Shown: positions 16,414-24,632, counted from the stretch's first letter. The stretch is DNA of 32,000 bases from Planctomycetales bacterium (GCA_022646745.1 CP060262.1:540001-572000), one strand, 5' to 3'. Numbers and translations are program-made. The notes: generated by a model not told the origin, from the sequence alone.

Positions 16414-19035
16414 ATGGCAATGCGTACTTGCGGCAGCCCTTATCCAACGGGCAATTGCTGGCGAAGCAAGCTCCTTGGCGGAGCTTCACTCAGGCCGGGA
16501 TTGTTCCTGAGTTCAGTCTTCATCCTGCTTCTCATGGTCTCATGTGGCAAGGGCAAGGCTCAGATCGACACCGAGATACTTGTCCCGTCCCAGGCTGTGG
16601 CCGTTCCCAGCCAGATGGATGCCCTGCCCGCAGCGACGGGCGAGGAACTGGCAATCGCCCGCAGGGAGCTAGCGTCACTGGACATTCCGGACGGTGTTGG
16701 CAGTGATGCCTGGCAGCAACTCTGCGATGCGCTGCTGGATTCCATGCAGAACCGCAGCACAAGCAAGCTGCCCAACGAGTCCCGCAATGTGATCGATGAC
16801 CTGCAGTGGATCGACAACGGCGGCGGGGACTTCAGCCTGGAGTGGACCTTCCGCAATGCCGGAGACTATGACAACAACGGCGAGGTAAACGTCTCCGACC
16901 TGAGCGCGATCGGAGTGCACTTCGGCAAGAACGAGTCCAGCAGCAGCTGGGCAAGCGCGCAGACGGCGGACGGTGATGGCAACGGCGAGATCAACATCGC
17001 GGATGTCAGCCCGATCGGCGTGAACTTCGGCTCCCAGGTGCTGGGATACAACGTCTATGCCTCAGACTACGAGGACGGCCCCTGGCTGCTGCAGGGCAGC
17101 ATCCCGCTGGAAGATGCAACTTCCGGATTCCCGCGAAAGTTCAGTTATGCATATGGCGCACAGGCGCACGCCTTCGTGTCAGTAGCACCGTTTGACAACA
17201 GTGGGAACGATACAGTTGCAGCCAGTGGAGGAACGGCAGCGAAGTACATTCCCGGCGAGGTCACCATGGGCGACAGTGCAGTGGTTGACCTGGAAAATGG
17301 AGCGGTGCTTGAGGGAGATGCAGGCACACCACTTGAAGGAGTATCTGTTCTAATTCCTGAAGGTGCAATGCCAACAGCGACATCCATTGCGATTGGATAC
17401 AACGATGGCATAGTCATACCGGTTGCCGGGAACTGGAGCGGCACCATTATTGAAATTGGCGATGAACCACTCGTATTCGACGTTCCTGTGGAAATCACCG
17501 TGCCTTACTCCGGCAATCCGGACGAGGTTCCAGTTCCATACTACATCAATGACGACAGCAAGCTTGAAGCTTGCATGGTGCAGGAGGTCAACGGATCCGA
17601 GGGTACGATGACCTTCATCACGCTGCATGCTTCTCGCTTTACGTGGATCATAAGTGTTGGTCTGCCTGAGAAGGTTAATACTGAATTCAAGCCCAGCAAG
17701 GATGGATTTCAAATTGCCAACTGGGGATCCCTTTACGAACGCAACGGGGAATGCCTGGGCATGGCCACCTTTGCCTCCTGGTACTACGCAAAGAAAAGAG
17801 CGGGAGAAACTTCCAGCGACCTGTATCCAAGCTTCATGTACGCCTTAGGCAGTGATTATCTGACAGCTCCAAGCGGTGAAGTGATAAACGTGAACATTAC
17901 TGGCCAGGATGCCATTGCCACGCGTGCCCACAGCGCTTTGAACTCACTGTGGTACAGATACGGAGCTGTCTATGCTCGAAACCCGGGCAATGAGCTTCAT
18001 ATACTCCACCAGATCTGCAATTCTATGGCGAATACGAATACTCCAACGCCTCTTTACCTGGCATATTCAGGGATTAACCCCGCCCTCTATTTCAACGGAG
18101 ACCATTGCGTCCTAGCTTATGCATATGATGACGGAGTAATCTCGGTGTACAACCCAAACCTTCCTCCGTTCGAGGAAGAGATCACATACAACGGCCTGGA
18201 TTTTGATATGTATGAAGACAAGTACAATGTTGTCTACAATCTGGGCATGGGTTCGTACATGAAGGAGAGCTTTGGCAATATTCTTGACGACGCACAGAAC
18301 ATGTTCTCTGGCACCTTGATTGCCGAAGTTGCAGAAGTGAATTACCAGAACGGAGCTGTCGTGGATGTCCCGGAAATCGTGCTCCAGGGCGAAGTGCAAA
18401 GCAGTCAGTTGCTTGTGGAAAGAATCAAGTTCGATACGGGCCTGTTCGTAGTGGAGAAAGCTGTCAATGTTGATACCGGAAAGTGGTCGGCCAGGATCCC
18501 CTTGCAAAGTGGCGATAACTTCATAAAGATCATCACTGAGGCACGTAACCAGGATGGAAACTGGTTTGTTATCCCTAACAACTTTGATCTGACCCATGGA
18601 CTGCACTTAATATGCGAGGCTCCTTCCGCGAAGATGCGTATTACCCTGACCTGGGATCAGGAAAATCGCTTCGGGCTCGAGGTGACGGATCCGACGGGCG
18701 ATGTAGCAAGCTCCGCCAGCTCACACGGCAACGCCGGGATCACAACAGACGATGGTGGAAGGATCGATGGAAGCTACTTCAACGGAGGGCCTTTAAGTTT
18801 CATTATCGGTGAGAATGACACCATAAGGAATGGAGAGGAATACAGAATCAGGGTGCTGAACAATTCCTCCTCGGCCACCTATGATCAGATCCCAACCAAA
18901 TGGACACTTGCAGTCTCCGCCAATGATGGTCCGCCTGTCTACTACTCAGGAATACTTACCAAAGGGACCAACCAGTATGTTGACCCGGATGACTTCGGGG
19001 CCTACTGGAGCAAGTACATAGATATCACTCCATGA
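16414..19035 (+). CDS. Mosaic lipoprotein: dockerin module, FN3-like and beta-sandwich domains, a predicted papain-like (clan CA) cysteine peptidase core, an Ig-like domain, and a conserved C-terminal beta domain.
   Basis: GGAG lies 6 nt before the ATG at 16414. Lipobox LMVSC. Dockerin Ca loops are DYDNNGEVNVSD and DGDGNGEINIAD. GECLGM carries the Cys codon at 17752-17754, HCVLAYAY the His codon at 18103-18105, and YNPN lies just downstream. The C-terminal block is RITLTWDQENRFGLEVTDPTGD. Confidence 0.85.
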   Translation: MAMRTCGSPYPTGNCWRSKLLGGASLRPGLFLSSVFILLLMVSCGKGKAQIDTEILVPSQAVAVPSQMDALPAATGEELAIARRELASLDIPDGVGSDAWQQLCDALLDSMQNRSTSKLPNESRNVIDDLQWIDNGGGDFSLEWTFRNAGDYDNNGEVNVSDLSAIGVHFGKNESSSSWASAQTADGDGNGEINIADVSPIGVNFGSQVLGYNVYASDYEDGPWLLQGSIPLEDATSGFPRKFSYAYGAQAHAFVSVAPFDNSGNDTVAASGGTAAKYIPGEVTMGDSAVVDLENGAVLEGDAGTPLEGVSVLIPEGAMPTATSIAIGYNDGIVIPVAGNWSGTIIEIGDEPLVFDVPVEITVPYSGNPDEVPVPYYINDDSKLEACMVQEVNGSEGTMTFITLHASRFTWIISVGLPEKVNTEFKPSKDGFQIANWGSLYERNGECLGMATFASWYYAKKRAGETSSDLYPSFMYALGSDYLTAPSGEVINVNITGQDAIATRAHSALNSLWYRYGAVYARNPGNELHILHQICNSMANTNTPTPLYLAYSGINPALYFNGDHCVLAYAYDDGVISVYNPNLPPFEEEITYNGLDFDMYEDKYNVVYNLGMGSYMKESFGNILDDAQNMFSGTLIAEVAEVNYQNGAVVDVPEIVLQGEVQSSQLLVERIKFDTGLFVVEKAVNVDTGKWSARIPLQSGDNFIKIITEARNQDGNWFVIPNNFDLTHGLHLICEAPSAKMRITLTWDQENRFGLEVTDPTGDVASSASSHGNAGITTDDGGRIDGSYFNGGPLSFIIGENDTIRNGEEYRIRVLNNSSSATYDQIPTKWTLAVSANDGPPVYYSGILTKGTNQYVDPDDFGAYWSKYIDITP
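16541..17255 (+). repeat. Direct repeat, copy 1 (about 715 bp, no indels, roughly 90% identical to 19207-19921).
   Basis: Hand alignment at a constant offset of 2666 nt. Two perfectly identical blocks: 16541-16672 (132 bp) and 17188-17249 (62 bp). The repeat starts exactly at the lipobox Cys codon. Confidence 0.9.
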
Positions 19036-19076
19036 TCTGAAATAGGCAATGTCCAATAATCACCAGGGAGCCTCAT

Positions 19077-21665
19077 GTGACATCACTGGAAACACGACTG
19101 AGCCGGATCGAAAGATTCTCCGAATCTCGTGAAGAATCAGCTCTGACCATTGCCATGAGACCAGGATTCATCCTGGCTACATTCATCATCCTGCTGATCA
19201 CCGGAGCATGTGGCAAGGGCAAGGCTCAGATCGACACCGAGATACTTGTCCCGTCCCAGGCTGTGGCCGTTCCCAGCCAGATGGATGCCCTGCCCGCAGC
19301 GACGGGCGAGGAACTGGCAATCGCCCGCAGGGAGCTAGAGTCACTGGACATTCCGGACGGTCTTGGCAGCGATACCTGGCAACAAATCTGCGGTGCACTC
19401 ATCGAGAGTCTTCAAGCGCGTGGCATAAGCAAGCTGCCAAACGAATCGCGCAATGTGATCGACGACCTGCAGTGGATCGACAACGGCGGCGGGGACTTCA
19501 ACCTGGAATGGACCCTGCGCAATGCCGGCGACTATGACAACAACGGCGAGGTGAATGTCTCCGACCTGAGCGCGATCGGAGTGCACTTCGGCAAGAATGA
19601 GTCCAGCAGCAGCTGGGCCACCGCTCGGACCGCTGACGGAGATGGCAACGGCGAGATCAACATCGCCGACGTCAGCCCGATCGGCGTGAACTTCGGCTCG
19701 CAGGTGCTGGGCTACAACGTGTATGCCTCGGACTACGAGGACGGCCCCTGGCTTCTGCAGGGCAGCATTGAGCTGGCGGATGCGACGACCGGCTTCCCGC
19801 TCAGGTTCAGCTATGCCTATGGGGCACAGGAGCATGCCTTCGTCACGGTGGCTCCGTTTGACAACAGTGGGAACGATACAGTTGCAGCCAGTGGAGGAAC
19901 GGCAGCGAAGTACATACCGGGTACGACGACGGAGCAGTCCAGCCAGGCAATTGATGAGGCAGGTGGTCAGCTTGTCGGAAGCGGCAATCTGGATGGAGTG
20001 ATCGTTGATATTCCAGCCGGAGCGCTTGACAGGCCGGAGACCATTTCGCTGGGAAGCAATGACGGCATGATCCTGCCGGTGGTCGGTACATGGGGAGGGT
20101 TGATCATCGACATCTCCGGAGAGGACCATATCCTGTTTGATGAGCCACTTGTCATCACAGCTCCCTTCACCGGCGATCCCGACCAGGTGCCCATTCCTTA
20201 CTACATCAGGGAAGATGGACAGCTGGAAGCCTGCATGCTGATGGATCTTGATCGTGGCAACGGCACTTTCAGCTTTGCGACTGAGCATGCAACTAAGTTC
20301 GCCTGGATAACATCCGAGCCATCGGATTATAAGGGCAGTTACGTGGTTGAAAGCTTCAGTCCGCTGAAATACGGGTTCCAGATCGGCAACTGGGGATCCC
20401 AGTACAGTCTCTCCGGTGAATGCCTCGGCATGATCAGCTTCAGTCAATGGTATTTCCGGTTCGCGTCACCAAAGCCGGACTTCTACCCCTTATTCATGGA
20501 AGTCCTTGATTACGACCACCTGGACTTCCCCCTGTACGGCCAGAACATCATTGCCACCAGGGCTTTCAATTCCATGGCTGATGCACAGCTGAGATGGCTC
20601 AGGTACAGGCCGGATATTGTTGAATTCAGTGAGCAGCTGGTGTTGATCAAGAATGAACTCATCACGACCGGCGAGCCAGTGCATGTCGGCCTTAGTGAGG
20701 ATAATTATGTCAAGAACCATGCTGTACTTGCATATGGGTACACTGAGGATCAGCTACTGATATACGACCCGAATTTCCCCGGTGACCTGCCATTCATTAA
20801 TATCAGCGAGGATGGTTTCTTCTATGCCGGGGGACCGGATTGGACACAGATGTACCACATTGGCATTGGCACGGTAGTGAGGGAGAACTTCTCAAACATC
20901 CTCCAGGATGCCCAGGGTGGTTTCACCGGCAGCCAGGATGCACTTATCGACAGTCTCAATTACTCAAACGGCGACATTGTCACCACGGATGAAATCACGC
21001 TGACCGGCAAGGTTTCAAGCAGCGAGTTACTGATTGAACGGCTGAAGATCTACACGGGATACTCTGAACATGAGGCCAAGGTGTCCAGCCTGAACGGCGG
21101 ATTCACCATCAAGTTGCCAATCAAGGACGGAGACAATTACTTCTTCTTTCGCACTGAAGGGCGTGATGGAGTTAACAACTGGATAGAGGCAAACAACAAC
21201 TTCGCCTTCAATCGTGGATTGTATATCGTCGGCGAGTACAAACCTGAAAAGCTTCGCATAACCCTCACATGGGACCAGAACAACAGCTTTGGCATGAATG
21301 TGAAGGATCCCTCAGGCGAAACACTGTTCGGGAACAGGATGGCAAATCCCGGCATGGATCTCGTGTCTGCTGCCGGAGGCTACTTCGAAGGAACGTACGA
21401 GTCCGGCGGTCCGCTCCATTTCGTCATTCCCGCAGATGGCACGCTGCTTCCCGGCTCATTCCAGTTCGTGGTAAGGAATACCTCCACCTTAGAAGAATAT
21501 GGTGTAGTGGAAGCCAATTGGCAAGTGTTGATTTCATTCAATGAAGGTGAGCCCCTGGTTCGCAAGTCACGAATTGAAAAAGGGAACGTGGAGCTGGACC
21601 CTGAATGGGGGCCTTACTTCAGCGCATGGCAACATATCTTCTTCGATGGAGAAACTGCCAAGTGA
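19077..21665 (+). CDS. Paralogous mosaic lipoprotein: the same dockerin N-module with a divergent papain-like cysteine peptidase body.
   Basis: The GTG at 19077 has GGGAG 6 nt upstream; the alternative start is the ATG at 19155 (MRPGFILATFIILLITGAC). The dockerin loops are identical in type to those of the upstream gene. GECLGM carries the Cys codon at 20421-20423 and HAVLAYGY the His codon at 20718-20720, followed by YDPN. The C-terminal block is RITLTWDQNNSFGMNVKDPSGE. Confidence 0.85.
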   Translation: MTSLETRLSRIERFSESREESALTIAMRPGFILATFIILLITGACGKGKAQIDTEILVPSQAVAVPSQMDALPAATGEELAIARRELESLDIPDGLGSDTWQQICGALIESLQARGISKLPNESRNVIDDLQWIDNGGGDFNLEWTLRNAGDYDNNGEVNVSDLSAIGVHFGKNESSSSWATARTADGDGNGEINIADVSPIGVNFGSQVLGYNVYASDYEDGPWLLQGSIELADATTGFPLRFSYAYGAQEHAFVTVAPFDNSGNDTVAASGGTAAKYIPGTTTEQSSQAIDEAGGQLVGSGNLDGVIVDIPAGALDRPETISLGSNDGMILPVVGTWGGLIIDISGEDHILFDEPLVITAPFTGDPDQVPIPYYIREDGQLEACMLMDLDRGNGTFSFATEHATKFAWITSEPSDYKGSYVVESFSPLKYGFQIGNWGSQYSLSGECLGMISFSQWYFRFASPKPDFYPLFMEVLDYDHLDFPLYGQNIIATRAFNSMADAQLRWLRYRPDIVEFSEQLVLIKNELITTGEPVHVGLSEDNYVKNHAVLAYGYTEDQLLIYDPNFPGDLPFINISEDGFFYAGGPDWTQMYHIGIGTVVRENFSNILQDAQGGFTGSQDALIDSLNYSNGDIVTTDEITLTGKVSSSELLIERLKIYTGYSEHEAKVSSLNGGFTIKLPIKDGDNYFFFRTEGRDGVNNWIEANNNFAFNRGLYIVGEYKPEKLRITLTWDQNNSFGMNVKDPSGETLFGNRMANPGMDLVSAAGGYFEGTYESGGPLHFVIPADGTLLPGSFQFVVRNTSTLEEYGVVEANWQVLISFNEGEPLVRKSRIEKGNVELDPEWGPYFSAWQHIFFDGETAK
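19207..19921 (+). repeat. Direct repeat, copy 2 (partner of 16541-17255).
   Basis: Same hand alignment as for copy 1. Similarity ends abruptly after ...GGTAAKYIPG. Confidence 0.9.
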
Positions 21666-21743
21666 TCATACAGGCAGCAAATCAGCGAACCGGTCGCTAA
21701 GTTCATGCATTCAAGGAGATCGCCACTGATGCAGGCAGGGTCT

Positions 21744-21759
21744 CCGCTTGGATAAGCGG
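21744..21759 (+). terminator. Weak terminator-like hairpin downstream of the second mosaic gene.
   Basis: ccgctt ggat aagcgg (6-bp stem, 4-nt loop) followed by tttcg. The stem is short and the T tract is short. Confidence 0.25.
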
Positions 21760-21824
21760 TTTCGTGAGCAGGAGCTGTGAGCAGGATGGGACTGAGGAGT
21801 CAATCTGAACAAATCAGGCAGTGA

Positions 21825-21983
21825 TCAGTCCGCCAGCTGCACGTAGAGGTCGGCGGTGATCTCGTCAGTTTTTCGGTTCATGCAGCTCGGCACGTAGTCC
21901 TCCAGGCAGATCGGCCCGCCTGACAGTTCGAGGCCGGCTGCTGGCAGCATCTCATTGAAGACTGGCGAGACGGCCTTGTCCAT
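21825..21983 (-). CDS. Possible 52-aa small protein, below the cutoff of the ORF track.
   Basis: Hand translation: MDKAVSPVFNEMLPAAGLELSGGPICLEDYVPSCMNRKTDEITADLYVQLAD. Codon third positions are GC-rich like real genes here. An in-frame TAA lies 7 codons upstream. There is no clear Shine-Dalgarno sequence. Confidence 0.25.
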   Translation of the reverse strand: MDKAVSPVFNEMLPAAGLELSGGPICLEDYVPSCMNRKTDEITADLYVQLAD

Positions 21984-22155
21984 CCCTGTTGCCAAGTGGT
22001 GTTACAGCGCGCGAATGGAGCTTATCCCTGGCACATGCATGCGCGGCAGGGACTTTGCCGCATGAAATCCGCAGGCTGGAAAGGGCCACTGACGGATCTT
22101 GCGGAAACTCTTAGTTCGCACTGAGATTCCGGACCCGACAATTCAGGGAAAATAC

Positions 22156-22185
22156 TTGACATCTCCAGTCAAAGACTGTTATACT
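22156..22185 (+). promoter_or_regulatory. Near-consensus sigma70 promoter giving a leaderless comM/yifB transcript.
   Basis: TTGACA (22156-22161), an 18-nt spacer, then TATACT (22180-22185). The A of the ATG at 22192 is the 7th nt after the -10 element, and there is no Shine-Dalgarno sequence. Confidence 0.6.
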
Positions 22186-22191
22186 ACACGC

Positions 22192-24000
22192 ATGTTAGCA
22201 ATTGTCAGGGGCGTAAGTATCGTCGGGCTGGATGCCTTCGTAGTGGATGTGGAGGCGGACATGCGCTCCGCGCTGCCGAAACTGGTGATCGTCGGCCTGC
22301 CGGATGCCTCGCTCAAGGAAAGCCAGGAGCGGGTTGAGAGTGCGGTGCGAAACAGCGACCTCGAATGGCCAATGGCCAAGATCGTGATCAATCTCGCGCC
22401 GGCGGACCTTAGAAAGGAGGGGACAGGCTTCGACCTGCCGATCGCTCTGTCGGTGATCTGCTGCAATGGCCAGTGCGACACCAAACGCCTGAAGGACTAC
22501 CTGATAATCGGTGAACTGTCGCTGGACGGCGCACTCAGGCCGGTCTCAGGGGTGCTGCCAATGGCACTCAAGGCCCGCGCACTGGGGATGAAGGGCGTGA
22601 TCGTGCCGCAGGAGAATGCAGCGGAAGCCGCGGTGGTGGACGGAGTGGAAGTGATCGGGGCGCAACACCTGTCGCAACTCGTCAGCTGGGCCCGCGGCTT
22701 CACGGAGATCGAGCCGGAACCCTTGCGCAATATCTCTGAGCTGCTTGTCAACGAAGGCCACCTGGCTGACTTCGCCGAGGTGCGCGGCCAGGAGCATGCC
22801 AAGCGGGCGCTGGAAGTGGCGGCGGCCGGCGGGCACAACCTGCTGATGCTCGGTCCTCCCGGCAGCGGCAAGACCATGATTGCCAAGCGCGTGCCGGGCA
22901 TCCTGCCGGACTTGTCCGAGGAGGAAGCGCTTGAAGTGACGCGCATCTACTCTGTGGCGGGTCTCCTGGACCAGTCGCTTGGACTGGTGACAACGCGTCC
23001 CTTCCGCGCCCCGCACCATACTGCAAGCATCCCGGGAGTGATCGGCGGCGGCAGCATCCCGCGTCCAGGTGAGATCAGCCTGGCCCATAATGGCGTGCTG
23101 TTCCTCGACGAAATGCCGGAGATGTCACGCACCCTGCTGGAAACACTGCGCCAGCCGCTGGAGGACGGACAGGTCACGATCAGCCGGGCCAACCTCGCAC
23201 TGACATTCCCCAGCCGCTTCATGCTGGTGGCAGCGATGAACCCCTGCCCCTGCGGCTTCTATGGCGACAGCGTGCATAAGTGCTCCTGCAACATGGGAGA
23301 GATCCTGCGCTACCGGCAGCGCATCTCCGGGCCGCTCTTGGACCGGATCGACATGACAATCGAGGTGGCGCGCCTTCCGGTGGAGAAGCTGACCCGTGAC
23401 GATGATGAGGTGCGTGGGGAGCCAAGTGCCGAGGTGAAGCTGCGTGTGATGTCGGCCCGGCGCATCCAGCAGCAGCGCAACCTGCTGCCGGTGGAGCCGG
23501 AGAGCGCAGCCGGCAGTCCCGTTGACACCATGGAGCTGCAGCGCCGCGCCCAGCAGCAGGCGGAGGATGAGGGCAGCCCGGGCAGTGCCGGCGAGGAGGA
23601 CCTTGCGGAAATGACAACAGCTGAACTGGCGCTCAGGTTGAGTGGGGCCGGGATGGCTCCGGCGACGGCCCCACGCACTTCCGCTGCCACTCTTGAGCGT
23701 ACAGCCCGCCAGGCCCTGAAGGGTGGCAACGCTCGCGGGCTGAGCGGGCAGCATGCCCGCAGCTGTACCAACGCCGCATTGTCAAGCCGGATGATGAAGG
23801 AATATTGCCGCCTTGACGAGGCCGGACGCTCACTGCTGACCCGTGCCGTGGAACGCCTCGGCCTGAGTGCGCGGGCCTATGACCGCATCCGCCGCGTTGC
23901 CAGGACGATCGCCGACCTCGATGGCTGCGAGAGCATCGAGGTCCCGCACCTCGCCGAGGCGATCCAGTACCGCAGCGGTGAGGAACGGCTGAGGAGTTGA
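22192..24000 (+). CDS. comM: YifB/ComM family Mg-chelatase-like AAA+ ATPase with an extra low-complexity insertion.
   Basis: The protein starts MLAIVRGVSIVGLDAFVVDVE (Lon-protease-like ChlI N-domain). Walker A is GPPGSGKTM and Walker B GVLFLDEM. A zinc-ribbon-like motif CPCGFYGDSVHKCSC is present. The C-terminus is LSARAYDRIRRVARTIADL...AEAIQYR. Confidence 0.95.
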   Translation: MLAIVRGVSIVGLDAFVVDVEADMRSALPKLVIVGLPDASLKESQERVESAVRNSDLEWPMAKIVINLAPADLRKEGTGFDLPIALSVICCNGQCDTKRLKDYLIIGELSLDGALRPVSGVLPMALKARALGMKGVIVPQENAAEAAVVDGVEVIGAQHLSQLVSWARGFTEIEPEPLRNISELLVNEGHLADFAEVRGQEHAKRALEVAAAGGHNLLMLGPPGSGKTMIAKRVPGILPDLSEEEALEVTRIYSVAGLLDQSLGLVTTRPFRAPHHTASIPGVIGGGSIPRPGEISLAHNGVLFLDEMPEMSRTLLETLRQPLEDGQVTISRANLALTFPSRFMLVAAMNPCPCGFYGDSVHKCSCNMGEILRYRQRISGPLLDRIDMTIEVARLPVEKLTRDDDEVRGEPSAEVKLRVMSARRIQQQRNLLPVEPESAAGSPVDTMELQRRAQQQAEDEGSPGSAGEEDLAEMTTAELALRLSGAGMAPATAPRTSAATLERTARQALKGGNARGLSGQHARSCTNAALSSRMMKEYCRLDEAGRSLLTRAVERLGLSARAYDRIRRVARTIADLDGCESIEVPHLAEAIQYRSGEERLRS

Positions 24001-24068
24001 TCGACAGGTTTCCGGTTCGGGTTTCCGGATTTGAGTGCCGATCCCCGAGGCCGGATCTCTGATACCTG

Positions 24069-24632
24069 TTAGTCCGCGTACTCCACCTTGCCCGTGAACC
24101 ACTTCGTGATATTGGCAACTGCCCAGGGTGTGTAGATGCCGAAGGTGATGCTGACGAGGATGCCCTGCACCAGGTAGAGCACGAGCACGTCAACACCGGT
24201 GCCGGTGAAGCGCAGCCTGCGTCCCGCCAGCGTGCAGTTGCCAACGACCCAGTCCATCATCTTGGCTGCTCCCCAGAAGGAGTAGATGCCGAATGTGACG
24301 AAGCTCAGCAGCATGATCAGCAGGAAGGGCCCGAGGAAGTCCTTCGCATCGCCGTTGAACTCGAGCCCGGTCAGCCTGGCAACACGGTTCTCCTGCGCCT
24401 TCTCACGTTCGACGGCCTCAGCCTGCTGGCGCTGCTCTTCCTCGAGCCTGGCCTTCTGCGCAGCGACCAGTTCCGCTTCCTTCCTTGCATTCAGCTCCGC
24501 GATGCCGGTCGCCCGGTCACGGCTGCAGCGCATGCAGTTCTCGTCAATCCCTTCATTGACATAACCGCAGACGCATTCCCAGTCTTGGAAGTCAAGCTGT
24601 GTGTCCATGCCGTCAATTGTCACCTGTGTCAT
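24069..24632 (-). CDS. Membrane protein with an N-terminal RanBP2-like zinc ribbon, a coiled coil and a DUF898/YjgN-like two-helix C-terminal module.
   Basis: The zinc-ribbon motif is WECVCGYVNEGIDENCMRC. A Glu/Gln/Arg-rich helix follows, then GPFLLIMLLSFVTFGIYSFWG and LVLYLVQGILVSITFGIYTPWA. GGAGGA lies 5 nt before the ATG. Confidence 0.75.
   Translation of the reverse strand: MTQVTIDGMDTQLDFQDWECVCGYVNEGIDENCMRCSRDRATGIAELNARKEAELVAAQKARLEEEQRQQAEAVEREKAQENRVARLTGLEFNGDAKDFLGPFLLIMLLSFVTFGIYSFWGAAKMMDWVVGNCTLAGRRLRFTGTGVDVLVLYLVQGILVSITFGIYTPWAVANITKWFTGKVEYAD

Noticed and set aside
16541-19921. The repeat pair considered as a diversity-generating retroelement template/variable repeat, or as a CRISPR-like or IS-related repeat.
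   Set aside because: The window has no reverse transcriptase, transposase or cas gene. Mismatches between the copies are not adenine-specific. There are only two copies, and both are in-frame coding modules.
22099-22191. N-terminal extensions of track ORFs: comM from 22099, nrdB from 24978, nrdA from 26197, the small gene from 14418, and the first mosaic gene from 16345.
   Set aside because: In each case an internal start has a Shine-Dalgarno sequence or promoter in the right place. The internal start also matches the usual family N-terminus, and the extension has no family-like sequence.
24001-24068. A terminator between the convergent comM and Zn-ribbon genes. The region contains the direct repeats ggtttccgg x2 and ccggat x2.
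   Set aside because: Only 5-bp inverted repeats with long loops are present and there is no T tract, so I cannot support an intrinsic terminator call.
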